Assembly (NCBI GenBank): GCA_032128115.1
Contig: JAQBHB010000054.1
Span: forward strand, 1-64,000
Direction of reading: 5' to 3'
Source: Deltaproteobacteria bacterium
GTDB taxonomy: Bacteria > Myxococcota_A > UBA9160 > SMWR01
Length of the DNA: 64,000 nt
Numbering within the stretch: position 1 is the stretch's first letter; each line of letters opens with the position of its first letter. A program made the position numbers and the translations under genes. The notes under the pieces were generated by a model that was not told the origin of the DNA, ran no database searches, and saw nothing but the letters and a program-made list of their open reading frames with translations. Of this stretch, positions 7,657 through 17,298 are shown piece after piece.

Positions 7657-9267
7657 TCAGGCTCCGGGAAGGGAGCTCGCGGAGGTCTCACGCACCTCGA
7701 TACGGCGACTCTCGATGACGGCATCCTCGAATCGCGCCTCCACCCACCAGATTCCCGGCGTCCGGGTACCCAGCAGCGACAGGCTCGAGCCCACGAAGGT
7801 GCGGCGGATGCGCCGGGCGGGCCCGTCCTGGGCCACCACACCGTGGGGGTCCGTCCAGCGCACGCTGACTTCGTCCGCATGCGCGGCGAAGCGCGGACCC
7901 AGGCGGCCCCACCACACCATTTCGGCCTCGCCCGATGTGAACGACAGGCGCGAGAAGCCTGCCGGCGTATCCGTTCCCCGGCCGCGCGCCCCGTCTGCGA
8001 ATCCGGACTCCGCGAGGATCGGGAACGTCAGCTTGACCACCTCCCACTCGGCCTTGCTGCGCAGCTGGCTGCTGGCGCCCGCGCGATTGATGGCCTGCTC
8101 GAAGGCGTAGACCGCCCGGTACGGGTCGCCGAGCGCCTTGTAGCTGAGTCCCAGCCGGTAGAAGACGAGTGCCCGGCTGGGGTCGAGCGCCACGGTGCGG
8201 CGGTAGGCGGCGGCGGCCTCTACGTAGCGACCCAGCTCGTAGAGGTGGTTTCCGGATTGAAACGAGACGCGGGGATCGTTGGGCTCGAGGATCGCGGCCC
8301 GCGCCAACAGCGTGAGAGCCTCGTCGATCTCTCCGCGCTCTGCGCGTTCGCGGACGTCTTCGAGAATCGGCTCGATGCGTGCCCGATCCGCGGGAGGCGT
8401 CGTACCGGGAAGCGTGGCGCGCCGGTCGCGGACCAGATACGCCAGGCGAGCCTGGGCTTCGCGCAGGCCCGCCACCAGCTCGGGATCGGGCTCGCTGACG
8501 GGCTTGATGGACGCGGCGTTGATCTCGATGCCCTGGATGCGGTCCGCCACCTGCGGGTGGGTGAACAGGTACGGGGGAATGTCGTTCGGATACTGCCGTT
8601 GCAGATCCAGGATGCGTTCGAAGAAACGGGCGCTGCCGTCCGGGTCGAAGCCCGCGCGGGCGGCGAAGATGGCGCCGAAGTAATCCGCCTCGGTCTCGAA
8701 CTCACGGCTGAACTTGAGCTTGGCGGCCACGTTGACGGCCTGGGTCGCCACCAGGATCCCGGGCTCCTTGGCCGCAATCGCGGCAGCCATGCCGACCAGC
8801 CCGGCCAGCAGGTCGATGGGCTGCGACTTGGCCTGGGACCGCGCGAAGTGGTGCTCGCGCACGTGGGCGATCTCGTGCCCAAGCACCCCGGCCAACTCAT
8901 CGATGCTGCCCGCCCCGAGCACGGTGCCACTGTGCAGGTAGATGAACCCGCCGGGCACCGCGAAGGCGTTGAGCGACGGATCGTCCACCACGCGGAAGCG
9001 ATAGACGTAGGGCTGGGGGATGGTGCTCACGATCGCGTCGCCCAGGTCGTTCACGAAGCCCGCCACCACCGGGTCGTCGATCACCTGCACGTGCTTGCGG
9101 AGCTCGCGATCGAACTCCAGGCCCAGCTCGCGCTCGTCGTTCTCGTCGATGCCCGGCATCAACGTATCGAAGGGGTTGAACCGGGAGCCGTCGTCCTGGA
9201 CGCAGCTAGCCAGGAGGGCCAGTGTAGCGAGCCCCGAGACGATCAGACGGGCTGCGCGGTCCGCCAT
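7657..9267 (-). CDS. M48-family zinc metalloprotease with TPR (BepA/YfgC-like), lipoprotein
   Basis: Lipobox LASC, NAFAVPGG, HEIAH, FSREFETEAD, THP; TPRs; extra C-terminal beta domain. Confidence 0.9.
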   Translation of the reverse strand: MADRAARLIVSGLATLALLASCVQDDGSRFNPFDTLMPGIDENDERELGLEFDRELRKHVQVIDDPVVAGFVNDLGDAIVSTIPQPYVYRFRVVDDPSLNAFAVPGGFIYLHSGTVLGAGSIDELAGVLGHEIAHVREHHFARSQAKSQPIDLLAGLVGMAAAIAAKEPGILVATQAVNVAAKLKFSREFETEADYFGAIFAARAGFDPDGSARFFERILDLQRQYPNDIPPYLFTHPQVADRIQGIEINAASIKPVSEPDPELVAGLREAQARLAYLVRDRRATLPGTTPPADRARIEPILEDVRERAERGEIDEALTLLARAAILEPNDPRVSFQSGNHLYELGRYVEAAAAYRRTVALDPSRALVFYRLGLSYKALGDPYRAVYAFEQAINRAGASSQLRSKAEWEVVKLTFPILAESGFADGARGRGTDTPAGFSRLSFTSGEAEMVWWGRLGPRFAAHADEVSVRWTDPHGVVAQDGPARRIRRTFVGSSLSLLGTRTPGIWWVEARFEDAVIESRRIEVRETSASSLPGA

Positions 9268-9268
9268 G

Positions 9269-10780
9269 TCATTTGGGTTGCCATCGCAGGATGGGCTTGC
9301 GGGCGGCGCGGGTTTCGTCGAGCCGGGAGCGCCGCGTATGGTGGGGGGCGGTGCGCACCAGCTCCGGGTTTTCGCGGCTCTCGCGCTCGACGGTCAGGAG
9401 CGTCTCGACGAACAGATCCAGGCCCTCCAGGCTCTCGCTCTCCGTGGGTTCGATCATGAGTGCACCGTGCACGATCAACGGGAAGTAGATGGTGGGCGGG
9501 TGGTAGCCGTAGTCGATCAGTCGCTTGGCCAGGTCCAGGGTGGTGATGCCCGTGTCTGCCAGTGCGTGATCCGAGAGCACGCACTCGTGCATCACGGTGG
9601 CGTCGTAGGGCACGTGGAAGTGGCCCCGCAGTCGCGCCAGCAGGTAGTTGGCGTTGAGCACCGCCATCTCGGCGCAGCGGCGCAGGCCGTCCGGGCCCAA
9701 CGAGCGCAGATAGGCGTAGGCGCGCACCAGCATGCCCACGTTGCCGAAATGGCCGTGCAGACGGCCGATGGATCGGGGGTATTCGTAGTCGAACCCGTAG
9801 CGCGGTGTGTCACCCCCGGAGAGTTCACACACCACCGGCACGGGAAGGTAGGGCGCCAGGATGTTCTTCACGCCCACCGGTCCCGCGCCGGGGCCGCCGC
9901 CGCCGTGGGGCGTCGAGAACGTCTTGTGCAGGTTGAAGTGCATCACGTCCGTTCCCAGATCGCCGGGACGCGCGATGCCCAGCAGCGCGTTCAGGTTGGC
10001 GCCGTCCCCGTAGACGAGTCCGCCCTGGGCGTGCACGATCTCGGCGATGCGCGCAATGTGCCGCTCGAACAATCCCAGTGTGTTGGGATTGGTGACCATC
10101 AGGGCGGCCACCTCCGGCGACATCAGGGCCTCCACCGCCTCCGGGTGCAGGATGCCGTCCTCTCCCGACGGCACGGCCACCACCTCGTAGCCGTTCAGGG
10201 CGGCACTGGCGGGATTGGTGCCATGGGCCGAGTCGGGCACCAGGATCTTCGTGCGGCGTTCGCCCCGGTGCTCGAAGTAGGCCCGGATCATCATGATTCC
10301 GGCCAGCTCGCCCTGGGCGCCGGCGGCTGGCTGCAGGCTCACCCGATCCATGCCGCTCACCTCGGCCAGCTGCAGCTCGAGCCGGTGGGCCAGCTCGAGG
10401 AACCCCTGCAGCTGCTCCGGCGGCTGCAGCGGGTGGGCCGACGCGAATCCCGGCAGGCGCGCGATGCGCTCGTTGACCTTCGGGTTGTACTTCATGGTGC
10501 ACGAGCCCAGCGGATACAGGCCCAGGTCGACGGCGGCATTCCAGGTGGAGAGACGCGTGAAGTGGCGCACGACGTCCACCTCGGAGAGTTCGGGCAGGGT
10601 GGGCAGGTCGCTGCGCAGGGCGCTCTCGGGGAGCAGCGTCGCCGGGTCCACGGCAGGCACGTCCAGGGCCGGCAGCGAGTAGCCATCGCGACCCGAGCGG
10701 CTGCGCTCGAACAGCAGCGGCTCCTCATAGCCGAAGCCGCGTGCGGCATTTCCCGTGGGCTCGGGAATGTCACCGCTCAC
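9269..10780 (-). CDS. gcvPB: Glycine dehydrogenase (decarboxylating) subunit 2
   Basis: YPLGSCTMKYNP, AHGTNPAS, NLHKTFSTPHGGGGPG, LMIEPTE. Confidence 0.97.
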   Translation of the reverse strand: MSGDIPEPTGNAARGFGYEEPLLFERSRSGRDGYSLPALDVPAVDPATLLPESALRSDLPTLPELSEVDVVRHFTRLSTWNAAVDLGLYPLGSCTMKYNPKVNERIARLPGFASAHPLQPPEQLQGFLELAHRLELQLAEVSGMDRVSLQPAAGAQGELAGIMMIRAYFEHRGERRTKILVPDSAHGTNPASAALNGYEVVAVPSGEDGILHPEAVEALMSPEVAALMVTNPNTLGLFERHIARIAEIVHAQGGLVYGDGANLNALLGIARPGDLGTDVMHFNLHKTFSTPHGGGGPGAGPVGVKNILAPYLPVPVVCELSGGDTPRYGFDYEYPRSIGRLHGHFGNVGMLVRAYAYLRSLGPDGLRRCAEMAVLNANYLLARLRGHFHVPYDATVMHECVLSDHALADTGITTLDLAKRLIDYGYHPPTIYFPLIVHGALMIEPTESESLEGLDLFVETLLTVERESRENPELVRTAPHHTRRSRLDETRAARKPILRWQPK

Positions 10781-12120
10781 GAGGCAACTCCCGCCAGGGC
10801 GATCACCAGGCGATCAATGGCCTGTCGCGACGTGCGTTCGGTGGTGCAGACCAGCAGCGCCGGGCCCAGGTCCGGTGCGTGGATCGAAAGGTCGAGGCCG
10901 CCCACGGCGCGCGCCGCCAGGGCCCGCGCGAGGGCCTGGGCGGGGGCGTCCGGAACCCCCACGACGAACTCGTTGAAGGTTTGTGCCGACAGCGGAAGCG
11001 AGAGCCCGGGTGTCTCGCGCACGCGCGCGCGAGCGTACTCGGCCTTCGCGAGATTCATCTCGGCCAGCTGTCGCAGCCCCTGCCGTCCCAGCAGCGCCAG
11101 GTACACGGTTGCCATCAGCAGACACAGGCCCTGGTTGGTGCAGATGTTCGACGTGGCCCGTTCGCGGCGGATGTGCTGCTCGCGCGCAGCCAGGGTCAGC
11201 ACGAATCCGCGGCGGTCGGCCGTGTCGACGGTCTCGCCCACCAGGCGCCCGGGAAGCTGGCGCAGGTACTTCTGGCGCGTGGCCAGGAAGCCCAGGTGAG
11301 GGCCACCGATGCCCATGGGCACGCCGAAGCTCTGGGCCTCTCCGCACACCAGGTCGGCGCCCTGATCGCCGGGCGCGCGCAGCAGCGCCAGCGACAGGGC
11401 CTCGGTCACCCCGACCACCAACAGGGCCCCGCTGGCGTGGGCGGCCTCGGCGGCGGCGTCGAGATCTTCGACGACGCCCAGGAAATTGGGTTGCTGCAGC
11501 ACCACACACGCGGTGTCGTCGTCGACGAGATCCGCGGGCGTCGCGCTGCGCCCGTCGGGGCCTCGCTCGAGCTCGACGATCTCGGCGCCCAGGCCCGCGA
11601 GGTATGTGCGCACCACCGCGCGGTAGTGGGGATGGATTGCGTCGGCCAGCACGACGCGCGAACGCCGGGTTGAGCGCATGGCCATCAAGACCGCCTCGGC
11701 CAGGGCCGAGGCGCCATCGTAGAGCGACGCATTCGCCACCTCGAGGCCGGTGAGTGCGCAGATCATGGTCTGCCACTCGAAGATCGCCTGCAGGGTTCCC
11801 TGGCTGATCTCGGGTTGGTAGGGCGTGTAGGAAGTGTAGAACTCGGAACGCGAGGCGATGGCATCCACCACGCTGGGTGCAAAGTGGTTGTAGGTGCCGG
11901 CTCCCAGGAACCAGTCGTGGGTCTCGGCGTTGACGTTGCGTTCCGCCAGCCCCTGCATCTCGGCGATGACTTCCTGCTCGCTGACGCTGGCGGGCAGGTC
12001 GAGGCTGCGCTGCAGGCGATGCTTCTGGGCGATGGGCGCAAGCAGATCGTCGATGCTCTCGACGCCGATCGTCTCGAGCATCAAGCGGACGTCCTGCGCG
12101 GTGTGAGGGATGTATCGCAC
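10777..12120 (-). CDS. gcvPA: Glycine dehydrogenase (decarboxylating) subunit 1
   Basis: MRYIPHT, FLGAG, YTSYTPYQPEISQG, REQHIRRERATSNICTNQ. Confidence 0.97.
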   Translation of the reverse strand: MRYIPHTAQDVRLMLETIGVESIDDLLAPIAQKHRLQRSLDLPASVSEQEVIAEMQGLAERNVNAETHDWFLGAGTYNHFAPSVVDAIASRSEFYTSYTPYQPEISQGTLQAIFEWQTMICALTGLEVANASLYDGASALAEAVLMAMRSTRRSRVVLADAIHPHYRAVVRTYLAGLGAEIVELERGPDGRSATPADLVDDDTACVVLQQPNFLGVVEDLDAAAEAAHASGALLVVGVTEALSLALLRAPGDQGADLVCGEAQSFGVPMGIGGPHLGFLATRQKYLRQLPGRLVGETVDTADRRGFVLTLAAREQHIRRERATSNICTNQGLCLLMATVYLALLGRQGLRQLAEMNLAKAEYARARVRETPGLSLPLSAQTFNEFVVGVPDAPAQALARALAARAVGGLDLSIHAPDLGPALLVCTTERTSRQAIDRLVIALAGVAS

Positions 12121-12156
12121 GAGAGTCTCTTCGGCCTTTGGGGTCCGGTCCTGGAA

Positions 12157-12555
12157 CTACCCGGAGCGCTCGTCGACGTGGGTTTTGTAGGCCCGCGCGT
12201 CGAGAAGCGCCTTCAGCTCCCCCGGGTCGTCCGGCTCGATCCGACACATCCAGCCGTTTCCGTAGCAGTCTTCGTTGACGTGCTGGGGCGCGTCGGCGAG
12301 CTCCTCGTTGATCCCGATCACGGTGCCGGAGACGGGCGCGTAGAGATCGGACACCGCCTTCACCGATTCGATCACACCAAAGGCGCTCCCCTTGGAAACG
12401 GTGCGGCCCACCGGGGGCAGCTCCACGAACACGATGTCGCCCAGCTGCTGCTGGGCGTAGTCGGTGATGCCGACCACCACGGAAGCGTCTTCCTGTCGCA
12501 CCCACTCGTCTTCCAGCGAGTAGAGCAGCGTCTTCGGAATTCCAGTCTCGGCCAA
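12157..12555 (-). CDS. gcvH: Glycine cleavage system H protein (TTG start)
   Basis: GITDYAQQQLGDIVFVELP; lipoyl motif IESVKAVSDLYAPVSG; N.DCYG.GW. Confidence 0.95.
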   Translation of the reverse strand: MAETGIPKTLLYSLEDEWVRQEDASVVVGITDYAQQQLGDIVFVELPPVGRTVSKGSAFGVIESVKAVSDLYAPVSGTVIGINEELADAPQHVNEDCYGNGWMCRIEPDDPGELKALLDARAYKTHVDERSG

Positions 12556-12569
12556 TGCGATCCCCCCGA

Positions 12570-13673
12570 TCAGCTCTCGGATCCACGAGACGGCTTCACG
12601 AACGGAGTTTCTACCACTTGCGCGGGCGTGGCGCGCCCCCGGATCGAGATGTCGAGGCGGGTGCCCACCGGGGCGCACTCCGGGGAAACGTATGCGAGAC
12701 CGATGTTGCGTCCCAGGGTGGGGGAGGGCGCTCCCGAGGTCACGCGTCCCACCTCCCGCCCCTCGCGGGTAACCGGGTAGCCGGCGCGGGCCACGCCGCG
12801 CCCCTCCATCTGGAAGCCCACCAGGCTGCGGGTCTGCGGCTCGTCGCGCCGTCGGGCGATGGCCGCGGCGCCGATGAAGTCGTGGCCGTCGAGCTGGACG
12901 AAGCGCCCGAGCCCGGCCTCCAGGGGCGACGTGGTGTCGTCGAGTTCGTGTCCGTAGAGCGATAGGGCCGCCTCCAGGCGCAGGGTGTCGCGGGCTCCGA
13001 GCCCGGCGGGCACCAGGCCCAGGGGCGTGCCCGCGTCGAGCAGGGCCTCGAAGACGCGGGCCAGCCGGCCGGCTCCCACGTAGATCTCGAAGCCGTCCGA
13101 TCCGGTATAGCCCGTGCGCGAAACGATCGCGGACGTTCCCGCCAGGTCGAACGAGCCGAAGCGGAAGCGTCCCAGCTTCGCGACGCCGGCATCGGAGGTC
13201 CGCGACAGGATCTCCGCGCTGGCGGGTCCCTGGAGCGCCAGCAGACCCGTCTGCTCGCTCTGGTTGCGCAGGCCGGCGCCCTTGGGCGTGTGGCGCGCGC
13301 ACCATCGGTAGTCCTTCTCCACGTTGGCGGCGTTCACGCACAGGAACAGCGCGTCTTCTTCCAGTCGGTAGGCCGTGACGTCGTCCACGACGCCGCCCTG
13401 CTCGTTGCAGAGCAGGGCGTAGCGCACCCGTCCGGGCCGCAGGGTCGAGACCGGGCGCGACAGCAGGCGGTCCACGCTGGCCACGGCCTCGCCGCCGGAG
13501 AAACCCAACTGGCCCATATGCGACACGTCGAACAGGCCCGCGGCTTCGCGCACCGCGGCGTGCTCGGCGAGGATCGACGAGTACTGCACCGGCATCTCGA
13601 AGCCGCCGAACTCGACCATGCGAGCCGACAGGCTGCGATGGATCTCGTAGAGGGGGGTGCGCCGGAGACTCAC
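12570..13673 (-). CDS. gcvT: Glycine cleavage system aminomethyltransferase T
   Basis: LRRTPLY, FGGFEMPVQY, FDVSHMG, SRTGYTG, GLGARDTLRLEA. Confidence 0.96.
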   Translation of the reverse strand: MSLRRTPLYEIHRSLSARMVEFGGFEMPVQYSSILAEHAAVREAAGLFDVSHMGQLGFSGGEAVASVDRLLSRPVSTLRPGRVRYALLCNEQGGVVDDVTAYRLEEDALFLCVNAANVEKDYRWCARHTPKGAGLRNQSEQTGLLALQGPASAEILSRTSDAGVAKLGRFRFGSFDLAGTSAIVSRTGYTGSDGFEIYVGAGRLARVFEALLDAGTPLGLVPAGLGARDTLRLEAALSLYGHELDDTTSPLEAGLGRFVQLDGHDFIGAAAIARRRDEPQTRSLVGFQMEGRGVARAGYPVTREGREVGRVTSGAPSPTLGRNIGLAYVSPECAPVGTRLDISIRGRATPAQVVETPFVKPSRGSES

Positions 13674-14566
13674 GGGCGCGGCGGGGAATCGGCTCCGCGA
13701 GCCGCCCAGCTGCGCTCGTAGGCCCGAAGGGTGTTCTGCAGCAGCATCGTGATGGTCATGGGACCGATGCCGCGGCGGTGGGGCGTGACCAGGGACGCGA
13801 TCCCCTGGACGCTGTCGGTGTCCACATCTCCCACCAGTACGCCGTCCACATCGCTCACGCCCACATCGATCACGGCGGCACCGGGTTTGATCCAATCGGC
13901 CTTCACCAGACGCGGAACGCCCACCGCGGCCACCAGCACGTCGGCCTCGCGACACACGCTGGCCAGGTCGCGGGTGCGCGAGTGGCACATGGTCACCGTG
14001 GCGTTGCGCTGTTGGAGCAGCAGGGAGACGGGCTTTCCCACGATGTTGCTGCGCCCGATCACGACCGCGACGGCGCCCTCCAGGGGGACCTCGTGGCGGC
14101 GGAGGACCTCCATGATGCCCAGCGGCGTGCAGGCCACGTGCCCCGGCAGGCCGAGCAGGAGCCGCCCGGCGTTGGTGGGCGTCAGGCCGTCCACGTCCTT
14201 GTGGGGCTCGATGACTTCGGCCACCCGGTTCGCGTCCACGGCCTTGGGCAGGGGAAGCTGCACCAGGATTCCGTCCACGCCGCCGTCGCGGTTCAGGCGT
14301 TCCACCAGCTCCAGGATCTCGGCCTCGGTCGAGGTGTGGGGCAGGCTGTGCTCGACCGAGTTCATCCCGATGCGCGCGCACGCGCGCTGCTTGCCCTTGA
14401 TGTAGGAGGCGCTGGCGGGATCGTCGCCCACCAGCACCACGGCCAGGCAGGGCGCGCGTCGGCCGTGGGCCACATGGGCCGACACCGCGTCGGCCAGCTG
14501 CTCGCGGATTTCCCGGGCGAGGGCGAGGCCGTCGAGCACGACGGTCTTTCGGGTCGATCGGGTCAT
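13670..14566 (-). CDS. folD: Methylenetetrahydrofolate dehydrogenase/cyclohydrolase
   Basis: VGDDPAS..Y, DGILVQLPLP, KDVDG, CTP.G, GRSNIVGKP, GPMTI. Confidence 0.95.
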   Translation of the reverse strand: MTRSTRKTVVLDGLALAREIREQLADAVSAHVAHGRRAPCLAVVLVGDDPASASYIKGKQRACARIGMNSVEHSLPHTSTEAEILELVERLNRDGGVDGILVQLPLPKAVDANRVAEVIEPHKDVDGLTPTNAGRLLLGLPGHVACTPLGIMEVLRRHEVPLEGAVAVVIGRSNIVGKPVSLLLQQRNATVTMCHSRTRDLASVCREADVLVAAVGVPRLVKADWIKPGAAVIDVGVSDVDGVLVGDVDTDSVQGIASLVTPHRRGIGPMTITMLLQNTLRAYERSWAARGADSPPRP

Positions 14567-14603
14567 TGGGGGGGGCGACTCCGGTGTCAGCGGGCGCCGG
14601 CGC

Positions 14604-14996
14604 TCACGCCGCTGCCTTGGCGCCCTTTTTCTTGCTCTGCTTCCGGTCGCCGGTGTTCTTCTTTTCCGGCTTCGAGTCCGGCTTCGAGTCCGGCTTCGAG
14701 TCCGATTTCGAATCCGATTTCGAATCCGATTTCGAGTCCGATTTCGAATCCGAATCCGAATCCGATTTCGACGTGGATTCCGAGGCGTCGCCGGAGCTCT
14801 TGTCCTTGCCCCCGGTCGATGAGTAGAGGTCCGAGTACCAGCCGCCTCCCTTGAGTACGAACGAGGTCTGGGAGATCAGGCGCTTGACCCTGCGGGAGCG
14901 GCACCTGGGGCAGGTCTTGACCGGAGCTTCGGTGATGCGCTGCTCCACCTCGAACTCGGCCTTGCACTTATCACAGGCGTATTCGTAGATCGGCAT
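14604..14996 (-). CDS. FmdB-family zinc-ribbon protein with low-complexity tail
   Basis: MPIYEYACDKC...CPRC...F.LKGGGWY.D.Y; (S/P)DSK repeats. Confidence 0.9.
   Translation of the reverse strand: MPIYEYACDKCKAEFEVEQRITEAPVKTCPRCRSRRVKRLISQTSFVLKGGGWYSDLYSSTGGKDKSSGDASESTSKSDSDSDSKSDSKSDSKSDSKSDSKPDSKPDSKPEKKNTGDRKQSKKKGAKAAA
14665..14771. repeat. 12-bp in-frame tandem repeat (TTCGA(G/A)TCCG(GC/AT)), about 8 copies
   Basis: Directly visible; encodes SDSK/PDSK. Confidence 0.9.
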
Positions 14997-15123
14997 CGTT
15001 TCTCTGGCCCCCCGAGCCGGTCTCCCTGTGGATTTCGCGAGCCGCGAGGTTACTGAGCCGCTCGCTCGGCCGCCAATCCGGCCCGTTTCGGCCCGACGCG
15101 TGGTTCGAACGGCCCCGGGCCCA

Positions 15124-15672
15124 TCAGCCCCTGCGGCCGCCCGCCCGGGGGCGCCGGCCGGGCGCCAAAGGCTCGAGGGATTCGGTCACATCGTCGTGGC
15201 CGGTGCTACGCACCTCGTCTGGCGAGTCCTGCGAGAGCCCGTCCAGCAGGGCCAGATGGGTCTCGACGGTGGATCGCACGACGCAGGCGATCCGGCCGCG
15301 CAGGCTCTTCATCTCCCGGATGTCCTCCTGGAGCTTCGCTGCGCGCCGGTGGGCCGCATCGAGGATCTTCTCGCCGCGGAGCTCCGCCAGGCCGACCAGG
15401 GCCTCGGCTTCCCGCATCGCGGTCTGCTTCAGGTCCTCGCTCAGCTGGTGGGCGGTGGTCATGGTCTCCTGGAGAATCGCCTCGTTGGAGGTGAACTCCT
15501 CGACCCGACTTTCGAGCTTGGCAACCGCTTTTCGCAGGCCCTCGGCCTCGCGCAGCAGGGACTCGAAGTCCTCGGCCACCATGGTCAGGAAGGCGTCCAC
15601 CTCCTCCCGGTCGTAGCCGCGAAGCTGCTTCCCGAACGGGTGGTTGCGGATATCCAGGGGTGTGATGCGCAT
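15124..15672 (-). CDS. divIVA: DivIVA domain coiled-coil protein
   Basis: MRITPLDIRNHPF...RGYDREEVDAFL followed by coiled coil. Confidence 0.9.
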   Translation of the reverse strand: MRITPLDIRNHPFGKQLRGYDREEVDAFLTMVAEDFESLLREAEGLRKAVAKLESRVEEFTSNEAILQETMTTAHQLSEDLKQTAMREAEALVGLAELRGEKILDAAHRRAAKLQEDIREMKSLRGRIACVVRSTVETHLALLDGLSQDSPDEVRSTGHDDVTESLEPLAPGRRPRAGGRRG

Positions 15673-15725
15673 CGTTGCTTCGTCCTGCGGCAGGCAATCG
15701 TCCGAACCCCCCGATTTCTTGAGGG

Positions 15726-16553
15726 CTAGTCGCGGCCGAGCTCGCGGGAGCGGCGCGTGGCGGCGGCCACCGCTTCGTGGACGGCCGCTCGCAGTCCGCC
15801 TGCCTCCAGGCGCTCGAGGCCCGCGAGGGTGGTGCCGCCCGGGGATGTGACCTGATCTTTGAGCTCGGACGGGGATCGGCCGGTTTCGAGAGCCAGCTTG
15901 GCGGCCCCGTACACCGTCTGGATCGCCAGCTCGAAGGCTGCGTCGCGGGGCAGGCCCATGCGCACACCGGCATCGCCCAGGGCCTCGAGGAACACGAAGA
16001 CATACGCCGGGCCGCTGCCGGACAGTCCCGTCACCGCATCGAGCAGGTCCTCGGCCGGCGCCTCCCAGCAGATCCCCACGCCGTTGAAGAGGCTGCGAGC
16101 GGCCGCCAGGTCGGCGGGCGTCGCAAAGGCGTTGCCGCACAGGGCCGTGGCACCGGCCTGCACCAGCGCCGGGGTGTTGGGCATGGCGCGCACGATGCGG
16201 GCCTGGCTCGCGAGGGCGCTCTCGAGCCTGGAGAGCGGAACCCCAGCGGCGATCGAGATCCACAACGGGCGCGTCACGTCCACGTCCGGGTTCGAGGCCA
16301 GCGCCGCAAGGGCCCCGGTGACCACCGCGGGTTTGACGGCGATCACCATCACGTCGCTGTGTGTCACCACCTGGGCGTTGTCGTCCGTGGTGTTTACCTG
16401 GTGGCGATCGGCCAGGCGCTGACAGCGGCTGGGGTCGGGATCCGCGGTCCACAGGTTCGCGCCCGGGATTCCCGCCGCGCGCAGCCCGCCCACCAGCGCC
16501 TCCGCCATGGCACCCGCGCCGATGAATCCGATCCGTTGGTCATCCAGTGACAT
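15726..16553 (-). CDS. proC: Pyrroline-5-carboxylate reductase
   Basis: IGFIGAGAM, AVKP, RAMPNTP, TGLSGSGPAY, VTSPGGTT. Confidence 0.96.
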   Translation of the reverse strand: MSLDDQRIGFIGAGAMAEALVGGLRAAGIPGANLWTADPDPSRCQRLADRHQVNTTDDNAQVVTHSDVMVIAVKPAVVTGALAALASNPDVDVTRPLWISIAAGVPLSRLESALASQARIVRAMPNTPALVQAGATALCGNAFATPADLAAARSLFNGVGICWEAPAEDLLDAVTGLSGSGPAYVFVFLEALGDAGVRMGLPRDAAFELAIQTVYGAAKLALETGRSPSELKDQVTSPGGTTLAGLERLEAGGLRAAVHEAVAAATRRSRELGRD

Positions 16554-16578
16554 GCGGTCGTCTCCCTGTCTAGCGACT

Positions 16579-17298
16579 TCAGGTTCGAGGGCCGAAGATT
16601 GCGGTTCCGACCCGGACGATGCTGGCACCTTCCTCGATGGCGACTTCGAAGTCGGCCGACATGCCCATGGACAGCTCGAGAAGTGTTTCGCCCCCGGGCG
16701 CCGAGCGCAGGTCGTCGCGCAATGCGCGCAGGCGGGCGAACGCCGGCCGGCTCGCCTCCGGGTCGTCTCGGACCTCGGGGATCGTCATCAGGCCCACCAC
16801 GCGAAGATGCGGCCAACCGGCGCATTGGGCGAGCAGGTCCGGAAGCGCGTCGGGAGCCACTCCCGCCTTCTGGGGCTCCGCGTCCAGGTTGACTCCGATC
16901 AGGACGTCGAGCGCCCGGCCCTGCGACTCCGCGCGTCGCTCGAGTTCGCTGCCCAGCGCCGGGCGGTCCAGGGTCTCCAGCACGTCGATCAGCGCCACCA
17001 CGTGCTTCACCTTGTTCGTCTGCAGGCGCCCCAGGAAGTGCCAGCGCGGTCGCTCGATCCCCGCGCCTTCGAGAGCCGCATGCACGGCCGGAATCTTTTC
17101 GCGCGCCTCCTGCACGTAGTTCTCTCCCACGTGGCGCAGGCCGGCGCACACGGCTTCGACGATGGCGTCGGCGGACTTGTGCTTCGACACGCCCACCAGC
17201 GTCACCTGGTCTGCGGAGCGCGAGGCGCGTGCTGCGGCGCGCTCGATGCGGTCTCGCACGGCCGCTAGCCGTTCGGCGGGAGTTCCGAAGTCGCTCAC
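16579..17298 (-). CDS. yggS: PLP homeostasis protein YggS/PLPBP
   Basis: LVGVSK, GENYVQE, WHFLGRLQTNK, LSMGMSADF, VRVGTAIFG. Confidence 0.96.
   Translation of the reverse strand: MSDFGTPAERLAAVRDRIERAAARASRSADQVTLVGVSKHKSADAIVEAVCAGLRHVGENYVQEAREKIPAVHAALEGAGIERPRWHFLGRLQTNKVKHVVALIDVLETLDRPALGSELERRAESQGRALDVLIGVNLDAEPQKAGVAPDALPDLLAQCAGWPHLRVVGLMTIPEVRDDPEASRPAFARLRALRDDLRSAPGGETLLELSMGMSADFEVAIEEGASIVRVGTAIFGPRT

Noticed and set aside
13674..13760. Glycine riboswitch upstream of gcvT
   Set aside because: gcvT overlaps the folD stop, leaving no leader and no aptamer motif.
14665..14771. SDSK repeat as a phase-variation switch
   Set aside because: The 12-bp unit keeps the frame, and low-complexity tails are usual in FmdB-family proteins.
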